A model generated the notes under the pieces. It was not told where the DNA came from. It saw nothing but the letters and a program-made list of their open reading frames with translations, and did no database searches. Below are positions 9,891-20,215 of a stretch of 64,000 bases of DNA, piece by piece (position 1 is the first letter of the stretch; each line of letters begins with the position of its first letter). The DNA is taken from assembly GCA_041650615.1 (NCBI GenBank), contig JBAZKU010000001.1:458750-522749 (forward strand), in the 5' to 3' direction. The position numbers were made by a program, and so were the translations under genes. This DNA is from Minisyncoccota bacterium. Its GTDB lineage: Bacteria; Patescibacteriota; Minisyncoccia; Phycocordibacterales; UBA9973.

Positions 9891-10031
9891 ATGGATGAAG
9901 AAGAAAAAGATGAAAATTTAATGATGGATGGTATGGGGAACGAAGATGAACCATTGGATTTGCCGGACGAACCACTTGAGGAAATTGCTGATGATGAAGG
10001 AGAATACGACCCGGACAGCAGATATCATTAA
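9891..10031 (+). CDS. small highly acidic protein (46 aa), missing from ORF track
   Basis: MDEEEKDENLMMDGMGNEDEPLDLPDEPLEEIADDEGEYDPDSRYH*, followed directly by a terminator. Confidence 0.65.
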   Translation: MDEEEKDENLMMDGMGNEDEPLDLPDEPLEEIADDEGEYDPDSRYH

Positions 10032-10034
10032 GTA

Positions 10035-10062
10035 AAAAAACCGCCCTGCCGGCGGTTTTTTT
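10035..10062. terminator. bidirectional intrinsic terminator
   Basis: AAAAAACCGCC-CTGCC-GGCGGTTTTTT between convergent genes. Confidence 0.85.
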
Positions 10063-10066
10063 ACTT

Positions 10067-11239
10067 CTATTTAATTTTTATAAATCTTTTCTTCCCTATT
10101 TTAAATTTCATCCCGTTTTCTGGAATAAAATTCACATCTGTTATTTTTTTATTAGTATCAAGATTTGTTATTGCTCCTTCTTCCACTAATCTTCTGAACT
10201 CCCCCTTAGAAGAAAGAATTTTTGCTTCTACTAAAACATCCATTAATGTTTTTCCTTTTCCTTTCAACTCTGTCATTTCTTCCGGAATTTCTTTTTTTTG
10301 AAAGGTATTGATAAAATTTTCTTCGGCTTTTTGGGCTTCTTTTTCTCCGTGGTAAATTTTTACTATTTCATAAGCAAGTTTTGTTTTTTGGTCACGAGGA
10401 CTCTCTTTTATAAAATCATTAAAATCAAGATTTGTACAAATCTCAAAACCTGAGGCAATCATACTATCAGGCCAACTCATTACTTTGCCGAACATATTCT
10501 CAGCTGAGTCGTTTAAGGTTACCATATTTTCTTCGGTCTTTCCCATCTTTTTACCAGTTGGGTCCGTTAATAATTTTGTAGTTAAAACAAACATTTCTTT
10601 ATTTTTTTTCTTTTTCATTAAATCGCGCCCGGCAAGCATATTAAACATTTGATCATTCCCGCCAATTTGAAGATCAACATCCATGGTCACGGCATCATAT
10701 GCCTGGAAAATAGGATAAAGAAACTCGTGAGCATAAACTTCTCGGCCAGTTTTAATTCTTTCCTGAAACATGTTTCTAGTAAGTAAATTTGAAACGGTAA
10801 AATGAGCGGCTAACTCTAACATATCTTTTGGGGTAAGTTTATTTGTCCATTTTTCATTATAAACAAAACGAATATTTGATTTCTTTAAATTCAAAATTTT
10901 GCTAATTTGTTTTTTATATCCGCTCGCATTCTCTAAAACCTGTTTATGTGTTAAAGGTTTTCTGGTCGCTTGTTTATCTGTGGGATCTCCAATCTGTGCA
11001 GTAAAATCACCAATCAAAATAATAATTTCATGGCCAAGATCTTGAAATTTTTTTAATTTAAGAAACTGTACTAAATGACCAAGGTGTAAAGTATTGCCTG
11101 TCGGATCAATCCCAAAATAGAGTTTGATTTTTTTACCGGACATTAAAATTTTTTTCAGCGCATCTTTATTAGGGTAGACGTTCTCCACCCCACGGTTTAA
11201 AATTTCATTTATTTTTTCTTCATCTACGATGACTTTCAT
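10067..11239 (-). CDS. tyrS: tyrosine--tRNA ligase
   Basis: GIDPT..LHLGH, QIGGNDQ, KMGKT, C-terminal S4 domain with KIGKKRF. Confidence 0.97.
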   Translation of the reverse strand: MKVIVDEEKINEILNRGVENVYPNKDALKKILMSGKKIKLYFGIDPTGNTLHLGHLVQFLKLKKFQDLGHEIIILIGDFTAQIGDPTDKQATRKPLTHKQVLENASGYKKQISKILNLKKSNIRFVYNEKWTNKLTPKDMLELAAHFTVSNLLTRNMFQERIKTGREVYAHEFLYPIFQAYDAVTMDVDLQIGGNDQMFNMLAGRDLMKKKKNKEMFVLTTKLLTDPTGKKMGKTEENMVTLNDSAENMFGKVMSWPDSMIASGFEICTNLDFNDFIKESPRDQKTKLAYEIVKIYHGEKEAQKAEENFINTFQKKEIPEEMTELKGKGKTLMDVLVEAKILSSKGEFRRLVEEGAITNLDTNKKITDVNFIPENGMKFKIGKKRFIKIK

Positions 11240-11278
11240 AGTTCGGATTATATCACATTTTTTGCTATAATTAGAAGG

Positions 11279-13804
11279 ATGGAAAAGGGATTCAGGGAAA
11301 TAGGAATTTCGAAAAATCTGCTAATGTTTATAGCTGGTTTCTTTATTTTAGCGATTAGTACTGGAATTATTTGGGCTTCTTCTTTAAAAATTCCTGATTT
11401 TCACTCTTTTGAAGACAGGAAAGTCGTAAATTCCACTAAAATATACGACCGTACTGGGCAAGTTTTGCTTTATAATATACACAATGATATAAAAAGAACA
11501 AATATCCCCTTTGAACAAATGGGCGCAAACATTAAGAATGCAACCGTAGCTATTGAAGATTCCGAATTTTATAATCATAGCGGGATACGAATAACCTCTA
11601 TTATTAGGGCGATTCTTTCAAATTTATTTCAAGTTGGAATAGGCGGTGGTGGTTCAACCATAACTCAACAGTTGGTTAAAAATACTCTTTTAACTCAAAA
11701 AGTAAGCTATGTCAGAAAAATAAAAGAATGGATATTGGCAATAAAAATAGATAATTCAATTCCAAAGGAAAAAATTTTGGAAGCTTATTTAAATGAAAAC
11801 CCTTACGGTGGGAATATTTATGGAATAGAAGAAGCGGCTAAGACTTATTTAAACAAAGATGCGGCAAGCTTGACTCTGGCCGAGGCTGCTTATTTAGCTT
11901 CTATCCCGCAATCTCCAACCATACTCTCCCCTTACGGGAAAAACAGAGAAAAATTAGATACCAGAAAAAATTTGGTTCTTTCTAGAATGTTAACTCTTAA
12001 TTTTATTACCCAAGAAGAATATGACATCGCTAAAAATGAAGTAGTAAATTTTGTCCCACAATCAACTGTTGGAATTAAAGCTCCCCACTTTGTCTTTTTT
12101 ATCAAAGATTATCTTGAGCAAAAATACGGAAGCGAAATAGTGGAACAAGGCGGGCTTAAGGTCACTACCACCCTTGATTACAATTTACAAGAAAAGGGGG
12201 AACAAATAGTAAAAGATGGAGCTCTCCAAAATGAAAAAGACTGGAACGGGAAAAATGCCGCACTCGTAGCAATAGATCCGAAAACCGGGCAAATTTTGAC
12301 CATGATAGGTTCAAGGGATTATTTTGATAAAACAGTGGATGGAAATTTTAATGTTGCTACCGCGGACAGCCCAGGTAGACAACCTGGCTCTTCTTTTAAG
12401 CCCTTTATATACGCTACAGCCTTCAATAAAGGGTTTACCCCCGACACAGTGCTATTCGACCTACCCACGGAATTTCAAACAACCTGTGACGCTTATGGAA
12501 AAGCTTTGCCCGGACACAACCAGAAAGATTGCTATAAACCAGAAAACTATGATAATAAATACCGCGGACCAATAAAATTAAAAGATGCCTTGGCTCAATC
12601 CATAAACATCCCGGCGGTAAAACTTTTTTATTTGTCTGGGCTTAGAAACTCGCTTAAAACAGCGGAAGACATGGGTATCAGCACTTTGACTGATGTAAAT
12701 CGTTACGGCCTTACTCTTGTTATTGGAGGTGGGGAAGTTTCTCTTCTTGATATGACTTCCGCCTATGGGGTTTTTGCCAATAATGGTGTAAGAAATCCAT
12801 ATACCGGAATCTTGAAAGTTGAAGATATGAATGGAAATATTTTGGAGGGGTATATTCCAAATGCTAAAGAAGTTTTGCCTAAAAACACTGCTTTAACTAT
12901 TTCAGATATCCTTTCCGATAATACAGCTAGATCACCAACCTTTGGCTTAACTTCTCCTCTTTTTATCCCTGGGAAAGATGTTGCGGTAAAAACAGGAACT
13001 ACAAATAATAATAAGGATGCTTGGACTATTGGTTACACCCCCTCAATAGTTGTCGGTGTTTGGGCAGGAAATAACGATAATGAGGTAATGAAAAAAGGGG
13101 GTTCGGCGGTAGCAGGACCAATTTGGAATAGTTTTATAAATGAAGCGTTAAAAACCTTGCCAAATGAAAAATTTGAAGCACCTAATTGGGAAAGTGATCC
13201 AAAAACAGTGAAACCGGTGCTTCGTGGGTATTGGCAAGGAAATGAAAACTTTTTTATAGATAAAATTTCTGGCAAGTTGGTAACCGAATTCACACCAAAA
13301 GAGACAACAATAGAGAAAGTGGTAACCAATGTACACTCTATTCTTTATTGGGTAAATAAAAACGATATTTTAGGACCACCACTTGCAGACCCAAGCGATG
13401 ATTCACAATTCAATCATTGGGAAATTCCGGTACAAAATTGGTGGGTGCAAAATAAAGGAAAATATTCAATAACGACATGGGCTGAAAAACCAACAATGGT
13501 TGATAATGTACATACTGCTACGTCTAAACCTATTATCTCAATAATTAAACCTGATACAACAACAATTTACTCCCCTGATCAAAAAATACAACTATTAGTA
13601 TCTAATTCCGGCAATTTCCCGCTTCAAAAAATAGATATATTCATAAATGACACTTTTATAGACACTATCAAACCACCTTTTAATTTTTCTTTTATCCCTG
13701 AGGAATTAGATAGTCTGAAATCTGAAAACACCTTAAAATTAATTTCTTATGATACCGCTTATAATAATATAGAAAATACTCTGATCTTTCGAGTAAAACA
13801 ATAA
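11279..13804 (+). CDS. class A penicillin-binding protein (PBP1A family)
   Basis: AIEDSEFYNH, GSTITQQLVKN, QPGSSFKPF, SIN, KTGTT motifs; C-terminal Ig-like tail. Confidence 0.95.
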   Translation: MEKGFREIGISKNLLMFIAGFFILAISTGIIWASSLKIPDFHSFEDRKVVNSTKIYDRTGQVLLYNIHNDIKRTNIPFEQMGANIKNATVAIEDSEFYNHSGIRITSIIRAILSNLFQVGIGGGGSTITQQLVKNTLLTQKVSYVRKIKEWILAIKIDNSIPKEKILEAYLNENPYGGNIYGIEEAAKTYLNKDAASLTLAEAAYLASIPQSPTILSPYGKNREKLDTRKNLVLSRMLTLNFITQEEYDIAKNEVVNFVPQSTVGIKAPHFVFFIKDYLEQKYGSEIVEQGGLKVTTTLDYNLQEKGEQIVKDGALQNEKDWNGKNAALVAIDPKTGQILTMIGSRDYFDKTVDGNFNVATADSPGRQPGSSFKPFIYATAFNKGFTPDTVLFDLPTEFQTTCDAYGKALPGHNQKDCYKPENYDNKYRGPIKLKDALAQSINIPAVKLFYLSGLRNSLKTAEDMGISTLTDVNRYGLTLVIGGGEVSLLDMTSAYGVFANNGVRNPYTGILKVEDMNGNILEGYIPNAKEVLPKNTALTISDILSDNTARSPTFGLTSPLFIPGKDVAVKTGTTNNNKDAWTIGYTPSIVVGVWAGNNDNEVMKKGGSAVAGPIWNSFINEALKTLPNEKFEAPNWESDPKTVKPVLRGYWQGNENFFIDKISGKLVTEFTPKETTIEKVVTNVHSILYWVNKNDILGPPLADPSDDSQFNHWEIPVQNWWVQNKGKYSITTWAEKPTMVDNVHTATSKPIISIIKPDTTTIYSPDQKIQLLVSNSGNFPLQKIDIFINDTFIDTIKPPFNFSFIPEELDSLKSENTLKLISYDTAYNNIENTLIFRVKQ

Positions 13805-13811
13805 TAAATAA

Positions 13812-14069
13812 TTACACTATATCTCGCGGAGTTTTTTTACCCAGAATTTCTTTTAATTTTAAAAAAATTTGATCTTTTTTTAAAAAAATCTCATTTTTAT
13901 AAATAGGTTTTATATTTAAATAAACCGTATTGTTTTTTATTTTTATATCTTCGGATTTTATTTTTACTCCAATAACCTGATATAAAATATCTATAATAGA
14001 ATTTTTTTTAATTTCTTCAGAAAAAAGAATTTTGTTAAAATGTAATAGTAAATCTTTTATTTCAATCAT
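13812..14069 (-). CDS. hypothetical protein downstream of dnaN (possibly DciA/DUF721-like)
   Basis: overlaps dnaN stop; size, position and IKIKNNTVYL...KNEIFLKK pattern. Confidence 0.45.
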   Translation of the reverse strand: MIEIKDLLLHFNKILFSEEIKKNSIIDILYQVIGVKIKSEDIKIKNNTVYLNIKPIYKNEIFLKKDQIFLKLKEILGKKTPRDIV

Positions 14070-15163
14070 TTATTCATTGGCATTATAAGATAAGTAAAAG
14101 AATTATCAGAATTTCCTGATATTACTATGGGTTTTGAGGGTTGGTTTAGCTTTATAGAGATACTATCTGTATTTATGGACTGGAAACAATCAAGAAAATA
14201 TTTGTAATTAAAACCAAGTGAAACATCTTCTCCTTTTATGGCGGCATCTAAATATGTTTTATTTTCTCCGATATCATTATTCTGAGACGATAATTCAAAT
14301 ATTTTTTCTTTCTGTGAAATTTTTAGATTTATTTGATTAAATTTATCCGAAAAGATATTTGAAATTTTGAGTGCATTTAATAGATCTTGTTTTAACACCA
14401 CGGCTTCAACCTTAAATTCTTTCGGAATAATTTGACGATAATCAGGGAAAACTCCATCTATAATCCTTGATGTTAAGTAAATATTATTAGAAGAAAAAGA
14501 AATTTGGTTTTTATTAAAACATACTTTTATAACATCCTGTATTTCCCCAAAAATTCTCAATATCTCGGGTATGTTCTTAAAGGGAATAAGTATTCCGGGA
14601 ATTTCTTCAGTATTTTTAATTTTAATTTTTTTCTCTGCTAATCTAAAAGAATCTGTTGAAACAAACACTAAATTATTTTCGTCAGAAAATATATAAACAC
14701 TTGATATTTCGGGTTTTATATCAGATGGAGACGAACTGTAATATACGGACTTTATGCCTTCTATTAATTTTTTTGATTCTATTTCAAAAGTTTCTCCTTC
14801 TACTGCAGGGATAGTGGGAAAATCATCATAAGTCTGGCCTTTTAGTTTTATTCTATTCTTTTTTGTTTTAATTAATAAATTTCCATCTTCACTCTCTAGG
14901 CGTACATTCTCATTTTGAAAAACATTAGAGAAAACACCAGCTAAAACTGCTCCAGAGATGGCAACAATTCCTTCTTTCTCAATTTTTGCAGGAATTTCAA
15001 TCTCTACCCCAATACTTAAATTAGTAGCGCGAAGTTTTAGAGATTTACCTTCTGCTATAAAAAGGATTGAATTCAAAATAGGGAGTGTTAAATTTTTCCC
15101 TGTGATTTTTTCCACTTGTAAAATTCCATTTTTAATTTGTTCAATTCCACATTCTAGTTTCAT
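14066..15163 (-). CDS. dnaN: DNA polymerase III beta clamp
   Basis: LPILNSIL, ATNL, STDSFRLA, FPDYRQIIP, YLIMPM; follows dnaA. Confidence 0.97.
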   Translation of the reverse strand: MKLECGIEQIKNGILQVEKITGKNLTLPILNSILFIAEGKSLKLRATNLSIGVEIEIPAKIEKEGIVAISGAVLAGVFSNVFQNENVRLESEDGNLLIKTKKNRIKLKGQTYDDFPTIPAVEGETFEIESKKLIEGIKSVYYSSSPSDIKPEISSVYIFSDENNLVFVSTDSFRLAEKKIKIKNTEEIPGILIPFKNIPEILRIFGEIQDVIKVCFNKNQISFSSNNIYLTSRIIDGVFPDYRQIIPKEFKVEAVVLKQDLLNALKISNIFSDKFNQINLKISQKEKIFELSSQNNDIGENKTYLDAAIKGEDVSLGFNYKYFLDCFQSINTDSISIKLNQPSKPIVISGNSDNSFTYLIMPMNK

Positions 15164-15399
15164 ATGTTTATATTTTATATATTTAATTTATTAATACTAT
15201 TAATACTGTTGATAAGTGAATAAGTAATATGTGGGTTGTTTTTTATAGTTATTTTAATAATTTAATATTGATTATGTTTCTAATAATTTTTATTAATCAT
15301 TGGTCTTTTTTTAAAAAAAATATGTTTTTACTTTTTGTGTTTTTTTTATTAACAATTTTTACTTTAATTAATACTGCCTTTTACCCTTTTATTCAACAA
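15164..15399. other. probable oriC (dnaA-dnaN intergenic region)
   Basis: very AT-rich gap with DnaA-box-like TGTTGATAA (15207) and AGTGAATAA (15215); further boxes near 16801 upstream of dnaA. Confidence 0.65.
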
Positions 15400-16743
15400 C
15401 TATTTAAACAGAATTCGTATTTGTTCTAGCTCCTGCAGTAATTGTGGGTCATTTTTTAGGTCCGCTTTTATTTTTAAATATGAATGTATTACTGTCGTAT
15501 GGTCTTTACCACCCAATTTTTGCCCAATTAAAGGATAAGACACATTAAAATCTTCCCTAAGTAAATACATTACCACTTGTCTTGCTTTTACTATTTCTTT
15601 TCTTCTGGTTTTTTCATAAACCAAAGACTCTTCCAGTGAATAATAATCACTCACTGTTTTTACTACGTCTTTTATAGCTATATTTTTCTTAGGCTTTATA
15701 TTATTTTTTAATAAATTTTTAACCTCAGGCACCGTAAGAGGTTTATTTTTTAAGCGATATTGGCAAACAATGGTATTTAAACTCCCCTCAAGCTCACGGA
15801 TATTACCTTGGATAGTTTCTGCGACATACTCTACCAAATCTTCTCCTAAATCAACATTGAGATCTCTTAATTTTACCTTTAAAATTGCAAGGCGAGATTC
15901 ATATTCCGGCTCGGAAACATCCACTATCATCCCAGCCGCAAAGCGCGATTTTAAACGATCTGCTAATTCTGGGATATAATTAGGGTGTTTATCTGAAGAG
16001 AATATAATTTGTTTATTGTTTTCATAAAAAGTGTTGAATGTATGAAAAAGTTCTTCTTGAATTTTTTCCATTTTGCCGATAAACTGAATGTCGTCTATAA
16101 TTAAAAGATCATATTTGCGATATTTTTCTTTAAAAGAATTTGCTTTATTGTTTTGTAGAGAATTTATAAAATCAGTGGCAAATTTTTCCAAAGTCAGATA
16201 ATACACCTTTTTATTCGGGTATTTATCTTTTATTGAGTTTCCTATTGCTTGAATCAGGTGTGTTTTACCAAGCCCAGTACCCCCATAAACAAAAAATGGA
16301 TTATATTTTGTTCCTGGGTTCTCTATTATTGCTTGAGAGGCGGCATAAGCAAGTTCATTAAAAGATCCCACAATAAAAGAATTAAAACGATAACGCGGGT
16401 TTAAATTATCTTCTGGATTTATATATAAATCTTTTAAAGGTAATTCCTTATTTATATAAACTTCATTTGTTTTAGGTAATTCCTGTTTCCCGGTTTCTAT
16501 TTTAGTGATAACATACTCCACCGCTCTCATGTTTTCGTATGCATCAGCTATGGTTTTAGTGATAAGTTTATGGTATTTATTTTTAAGCCAATCACGAACA
16601 AATTCGTTTGGCACTCCAACATAAACAATACCTACTTCCTCTTTTAGAATACAAGTGTTTTTAAACCAGGTGCTAAAGTTTGCCTTAGAAACCCCTGCCT
16701 CAATTTCCACCAAACAATTTTTCCAAAGTTGCTTTGTATCCAT
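15400..16743 (-). CDS. dnaA: chromosomal replication initiator DnaA
   Basis: NPFFVYGGTGLGKTHL, IDDIQF, NIRELEG, GGKDHTTVIH. Confidence 0.99.
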   Translation of the reverse strand: MDTKQLWKNCLVEIEAGVSKANFSTWFKNTCILKEEVGIVYVGVPNEFVRDWLKNKYHKLITKTIADAYENMRAVEYVITKIETGKQELPKTNEVYINKELPLKDLYINPEDNLNPRYRFNSFIVGSFNELAYAASQAIIENPGTKYNPFFVYGGTGLGKTHLIQAIGNSIKDKYPNKKVYYLTLEKFATDFINSLQNNKANSFKEKYRKYDLLIIDDIQFIGKMEKIQEELFHTFNTFYENNKQIIFSSDKHPNYIPELADRLKSRFAAGMIVDVSEPEYESRLAILKVKLRDLNVDLGEDLVEYVAETIQGNIRELEGSLNTIVCQYRLKNKPLTVPEVKNLLKNNIKPKKNIAIKDVVKTVSDYYSLEESLVYEKTRRKEIVKARQVVMYLLREDFNVSYPLIGQKLGGKDHTTVIHSYLKIKADLKNDPQLLQELEQIRILFK

Positions 16744-16874
16744 AGGCTATAGATTATACTACACAAATTTTTAATACAATTTTAAAAAACTTATTAACCA
16801 TGTTGATAAACTGTTAATAATTTTTTATAACTTGGTTTTTGACTTAAGGCAAGTATTTTAGTATACTCTTTAAC

Positions 16875-17015
16875 ATGTCACAAACATATCAACCCAAAAA
16901 GAGAAAAAGAGCAAAAGCTCACGGATTTTTAGTCAGGGCTAAAAGTAAAACAGGTCAAAAGGTGCTTTTAAGAAGAAGGAGAAAAGGACGTGCTAAACTC
17001 ACTGTTTCTTCATAG
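16875..17015 (+). CDS. rpmH: 50S ribosomal protein L34 (missing from ORF track)
   Basis: [46 protein letters not shown]; divergent from dnaA. Confidence 0.97.
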   Translation: MSQTYQPKKRKRAKAHGFLVRAKSKTGQKVLLRRRRKGRAKLTVSS

Positions 17016-17035
17016 TTTAAGTCTATATATAATTA

Positions 17036-17365
17036 ATGCTTCCTAAAAAAAATAGAGTTGATAGAAAAGGAGTAAACCTTATTTTTAGAAAGGGACGTTT
17101 TGTTACTTCTCCTAGTTTTGCTTTTAAATTTACCAAAATCAATACCGATAAAAATAAAAAACAGATTAGTTTTATTGCCCCAAAGAATATAGCTAAATTA
17201 GCTGTTAAAAGAAATTTACTAAGGAGAAGAGGATATTCTGCCCTAAAAAAATATATAGGTCAGTTCCCCTATGGAATTTTAGGGGTTTTTGTTTTTAAAA
17301 AATATCAAGATAATATTCTAACAATTGAAAATGAAATTAAAGACATTCTTAATAAACTTAATTAA
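17036..17365 (+). CDS. rnpA: ribonuclease P protein component
   Basis: [17 protein letters not shown] (RNR motif); synteny. Confidence 0.92.
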   Translation: MLPKKNRVDRKGVNLIFRKGRFVTSPSFAFKFTKINTDKNKKQISFIAPKNIAKLAVKRNLLRRRGYSALKKYIGQFPYGILGVFVFKKYQDNILTIENEIKDILNKLN

Positions 17366-17546
17366 TTTTTACCAGAAATATATTTCTATTTTTAAAAAAA
17401 GAAGTTGCGTTTTTTACCCTACTTGTTCGGAATATACAAAAGAGGCCATAAAAAGATACGGAATTATAAAAGGTTCTTATTTGGGATTTTTACGCATTCT
17501 TCGTTGTCATCCTTGGCAAAAAAATCATATTGATCCCGTGAAGTAA
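17331..17546 (+). CDS. yidD: membrane protein insertion efficiency factor YidD
   Basis: [24 protein letters not shown]. Confidence 0.95.
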   Translation: MKLKTFLINLINFYQKYISIFKKRSCVFYPTCSEYTKEAIKRYGIIKGSYLGFLRILRCHPWQKNHIDPVK

Positions 17547-17585
17547 AAACTTGGATTTTTGAGTGTTTTCGTATAAGATAAGATA

Positions 17586-18329
17586 ATGCTGTCAAATATT
17601 TGGAATACTATTTTATACGGGCCGCTTTTAAACGCATTGGCCTTTTTAGTTTCTATTATCCCAGGTGGAGATATCGGTATTGCCGTTATTATCCTTACTC
17701 TTTTTGTTAAAACTGTGTTATTTCCCCTTTCCCAGCGCTCTATTGAAAGTCAGATCAAAATGAATTTACTTGCTCCGGAACTTAAAAAAATAAAAGATAG
17801 TGGAGTTTCCAAAGAAGAACAGGCAAAACAAACTTTTGAACTTTATAAACACCATAAAACTAATCCTTTTTCCGGATGCCTATTGATTTTTATTCAAATC
17901 CCTATTATTTTTGCATTATATTATGTTTTTTTAAAGGGAATAAACTTAGAAAGCGGGCTGTATTCATTCATTCACGCTCCAGAACATATAAATATGCTTT
18001 TTTTGGGAATTCTGGATATCAGCCAAAAGAATATCTTAATTTTAGCAATACTGGCAGGGATCTCTCAATATTTTCAAGCGAGCCTTATGCCCAAACCGGC
18101 TATTTCAGAAAAAATCGACAAATCTTCTTTCCAAGAAAATATGACCAAAAGCATGCAGACACAAATGAAATATGTTTTCCCATTTATAATTGCCTTTATC
18201 GCTTATAGTGTTTCAGGCGCAGTTGCATTATATTGGATTACGAGTAATATATTTGCCATAGGTCAACAAATGTATGCCAACAAGAAAAAACGATTAGCCA
18301 TTGAAGCAGTAAATAATATTCATGAATAA
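17586..18329 (+). CDS. yidC: membrane protein insertase YidC (short form)
   Basis: NPFSGCLLIFIQIPI, ALYWITSN. Confidence 0.95.
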   Translation: MLSNIWNTILYGPLLNALAFLVSIIPGGDIGIAVIILTLFVKTVLFPLSQRSIESQIKMNLLAPELKKIKDSGVSKEEQAKQTFELYKHHKTNPFSGCLLIFIQIPIIFALYYVFLKGINLESGLYSFIHAPEHINMLFLGILDISQKNILILAILAGISQYFQASLMPKPAISEKIDKSSFQENMTKSMQTQMKYVFPFIIAFIAYSVSGAVALYWITSNIFAIGQQMYANKKKRLAIEAVNNIHE

Positions 18330-18864
18330 AATTGAAATGCAAAATTTAATAAAAGAGCTTATTGAAAAAACCACTATCCCAGTAAATAAAATTTCTACAG
18401 ATGAAGATAGGCCTGTTTCTCTCAACTCAAATGGAGACAAAACCACCTGGTTTTCAGTGGAAGTAAGTCAACCGCATTTTTTCTGGGAACGCGGAGGTGA
18501 AGCTCTTTTTGCTATTAATCATCTTGCTCGCAGAATGATTGAAGCCAAAACTCTCAAAATAGCCCCCAAGTCGGACTTAGGGGATTCCCCTAAGTCCGAC
18601 TTGGGGATACCACAAGAAGGATTGGGAATTTTGATTGACATTAATGGTTTTCAAAAAAAACGTATAGAAAATATCCATGCAATAGCGCATATGATGGCCG
18701 AAAGAGCTAGATATTTTAAATCAAACATAGAAGTTGATCCGATGCCAGCCTTTGAACGTAGAATAGTTCATGAATTTTTATCTAGTGCAACTGATTTAAA
18801 AACTGAATCACAAGGCGAAGGTTTTGCCCGCCGAGTAGTTATCAAGTATATAGGGGCTATATAA
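18322..18864 (+). CDS. jag: Jag/KhpB R3H RNA-binding protein, with in-frame hairpin insertion
   Basis: PMPAFERRIVH (R3H), TESQGEG; follows yidC. Confidence 0.85.
   Translation: MNKIEMQNLIKELIEKTTIPVNKISTDEDRPVSLNSNGDKTTWFSVEVSQPHFFWERGGEALFAINHLARRMIEAKTLKIAPKSDLGDSPKSDLGIPQEGLGILIDINGFQKKRIENIHAIAHMMAERARYFKSNIEVDPMPAFERRIVHEFLSSATDLKTESQGEGFARRVVIKYIGAI
18564..18606. repeat. perfect 21-bp inverted repeat inside jag
   Basis: CCCCAAGTCGGACTTAGGGGA-T-TCCCCTAAGTCCGACTTGGGG, encoding PKSDLGDSPKSDLG. Confidence 0.9.
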
Positions 18865-18883
18865 TAAAAAATTATTTCTTAGC

Positions 18884-20209
18884 TTATTTTAATTGTAATT
18901 CCCAAAAGTATGAGTCTTTTTTGTTTATAAAGAATAAATAGTTTTGATTTTCATCCAAACTGAGTTTTATCCCATCTATTTCACCCCCCCCCACCGAAGC
19001 TGGGTCCAATAACATTGTTGTATTACCACTTATAACATCTATTTTCCATATTTCATCGATAAAAGAGACCTCTCCTTGATACCAAGAATCCGGGTACTGA
19101 ACTCGATCTATAAATTTTGGCACGGCGCAATAAACAACATCGCTTGCCTTCCCCCAAGCGCATTTTTCCGGCAAAGTTTTTACGCCAAGTAAAGTAGAAT
19201 TTCCTGTATTTATATTAAAGGCACTTAGCGATAAATTATTGTCACCATAAAGAACCATTTTACTGTCCGGACTGGCGAGAGTTGTTAATCCATTTATCCC
19301 GCCTAAAATTTTATTAAAGTCTTTTTTGTCTGGATTAATTACATACATAAACCCGGGAACATTCGCAGAAGGTTTAGTTGTAACCGTAATCATTTTGTTA
19401 TTGGGCCAAAAAGACAGCCATTCGGTAAAAGGAGAACCAAATACTTGAATTTTTGTATTGGTTCCCAAAGCAAGGGTTACTCCCACTGCGGTATTTTCTG
19501 TGTTGAATAAATAAAATATTTTTGAGGCATCAGATGACACACTCATATCTGAAATGTTTTCTGGGAGAAAAGAGCCTTTAATTTCATCTGTTCCAACTGA
19601 ATCCGCTCCCAAATATTCTTTTGGAAGAGTGCCAATAAAAGTTTCTATGGTTTTGTTGTCTTCTTTCAAATATCGCATAACCACGGATTCTCCTTTGTTT
19701 CCGAAATATGCCTCATAAACCTTTGGTATTACTGTGGAAGAAAATTGTCGTTCATCTATCCTGTCTGCAAAAGTTTGATAAATGTTTCCTGTGGCTTTAT
19801 TAACATATCTTAAAGCTGGCATAAACTCAGTTGGAGGAGCAGTTGGAGTTACGGTTTGTCCCCTTTGATCTATTTGTTCTGTTGATGTTGTGATAGGCAC
19901 ATCTTTAAATCTTTCTTTTGTAAAGATTCCGTAACCAGCAATAGGAAAACTGGAAATTTTTTTTAATTTTACGTTTTGAGTTTCCGTTTCTGAAGTTGGT
20001 GTATTTTCTGAAACATTAGTAGGTGTCGTCGTATCTACGGGAGTCGTGTTTTTACTTTTTCCAAAAGGTAAAAAGTCCGCTAGAAAATTAGTTCCCTGTG
20101 TGGTTTCTGCTAGCTGGCTCGCCGGTTGATAAAAAAAGAAAAATCCAAAAGCAATAACCACAATGATTGCCAGAATTATTATTAATAAGATAAGATTTCT
20201 TGTTGACAT
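18884..20209 (-). CDS. membrane-anchored extracellular protein, possible beta-propeller; last gene of T4SS-like operon
   Basis: N-terminal TM, Thr/Pro linker, repeated S-P-D/W blade-like motifs. Confidence 0.55.
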   Translation of the reverse strand: MSTRNLILLIIILAIIVVIAFGFFFFYQPASQLAETTQGTNFLADFLPFGKSKNTTPVDTTTPTNVSENTPTSETETQNVKLKKISSFPIAGYGIFTKERFKDVPITTSTEQIDQRGQTVTPTAPPTEFMPALRYVNKATGNIYQTFADRIDERQFSSTVIPKVYEAYFGNKGESVVMRYLKEDNKTIETFIGTLPKEYLGADSVGTDEIKGSFLPENISDMSVSSDASKIFYLFNTENTAVGVTLALGTNTKIQVFGSPFTEWLSFWPNNKMITVTTKPSANVPGFMYVINPDKKDFNKILGGINGLTTLASPDSKMVLYGDNNLSLSAFNINTGNSTLLGVKTLPEKCAWGKASDVVYCAVPKFIDRVQYPDSWYQGEVSFIDEIWKIDVISGNTTMLLDPASVGGGEIDGIKLSLDENQNYLFFINKKDSYFWELQLK

Positions 20210-20215
20210 AAAAAA

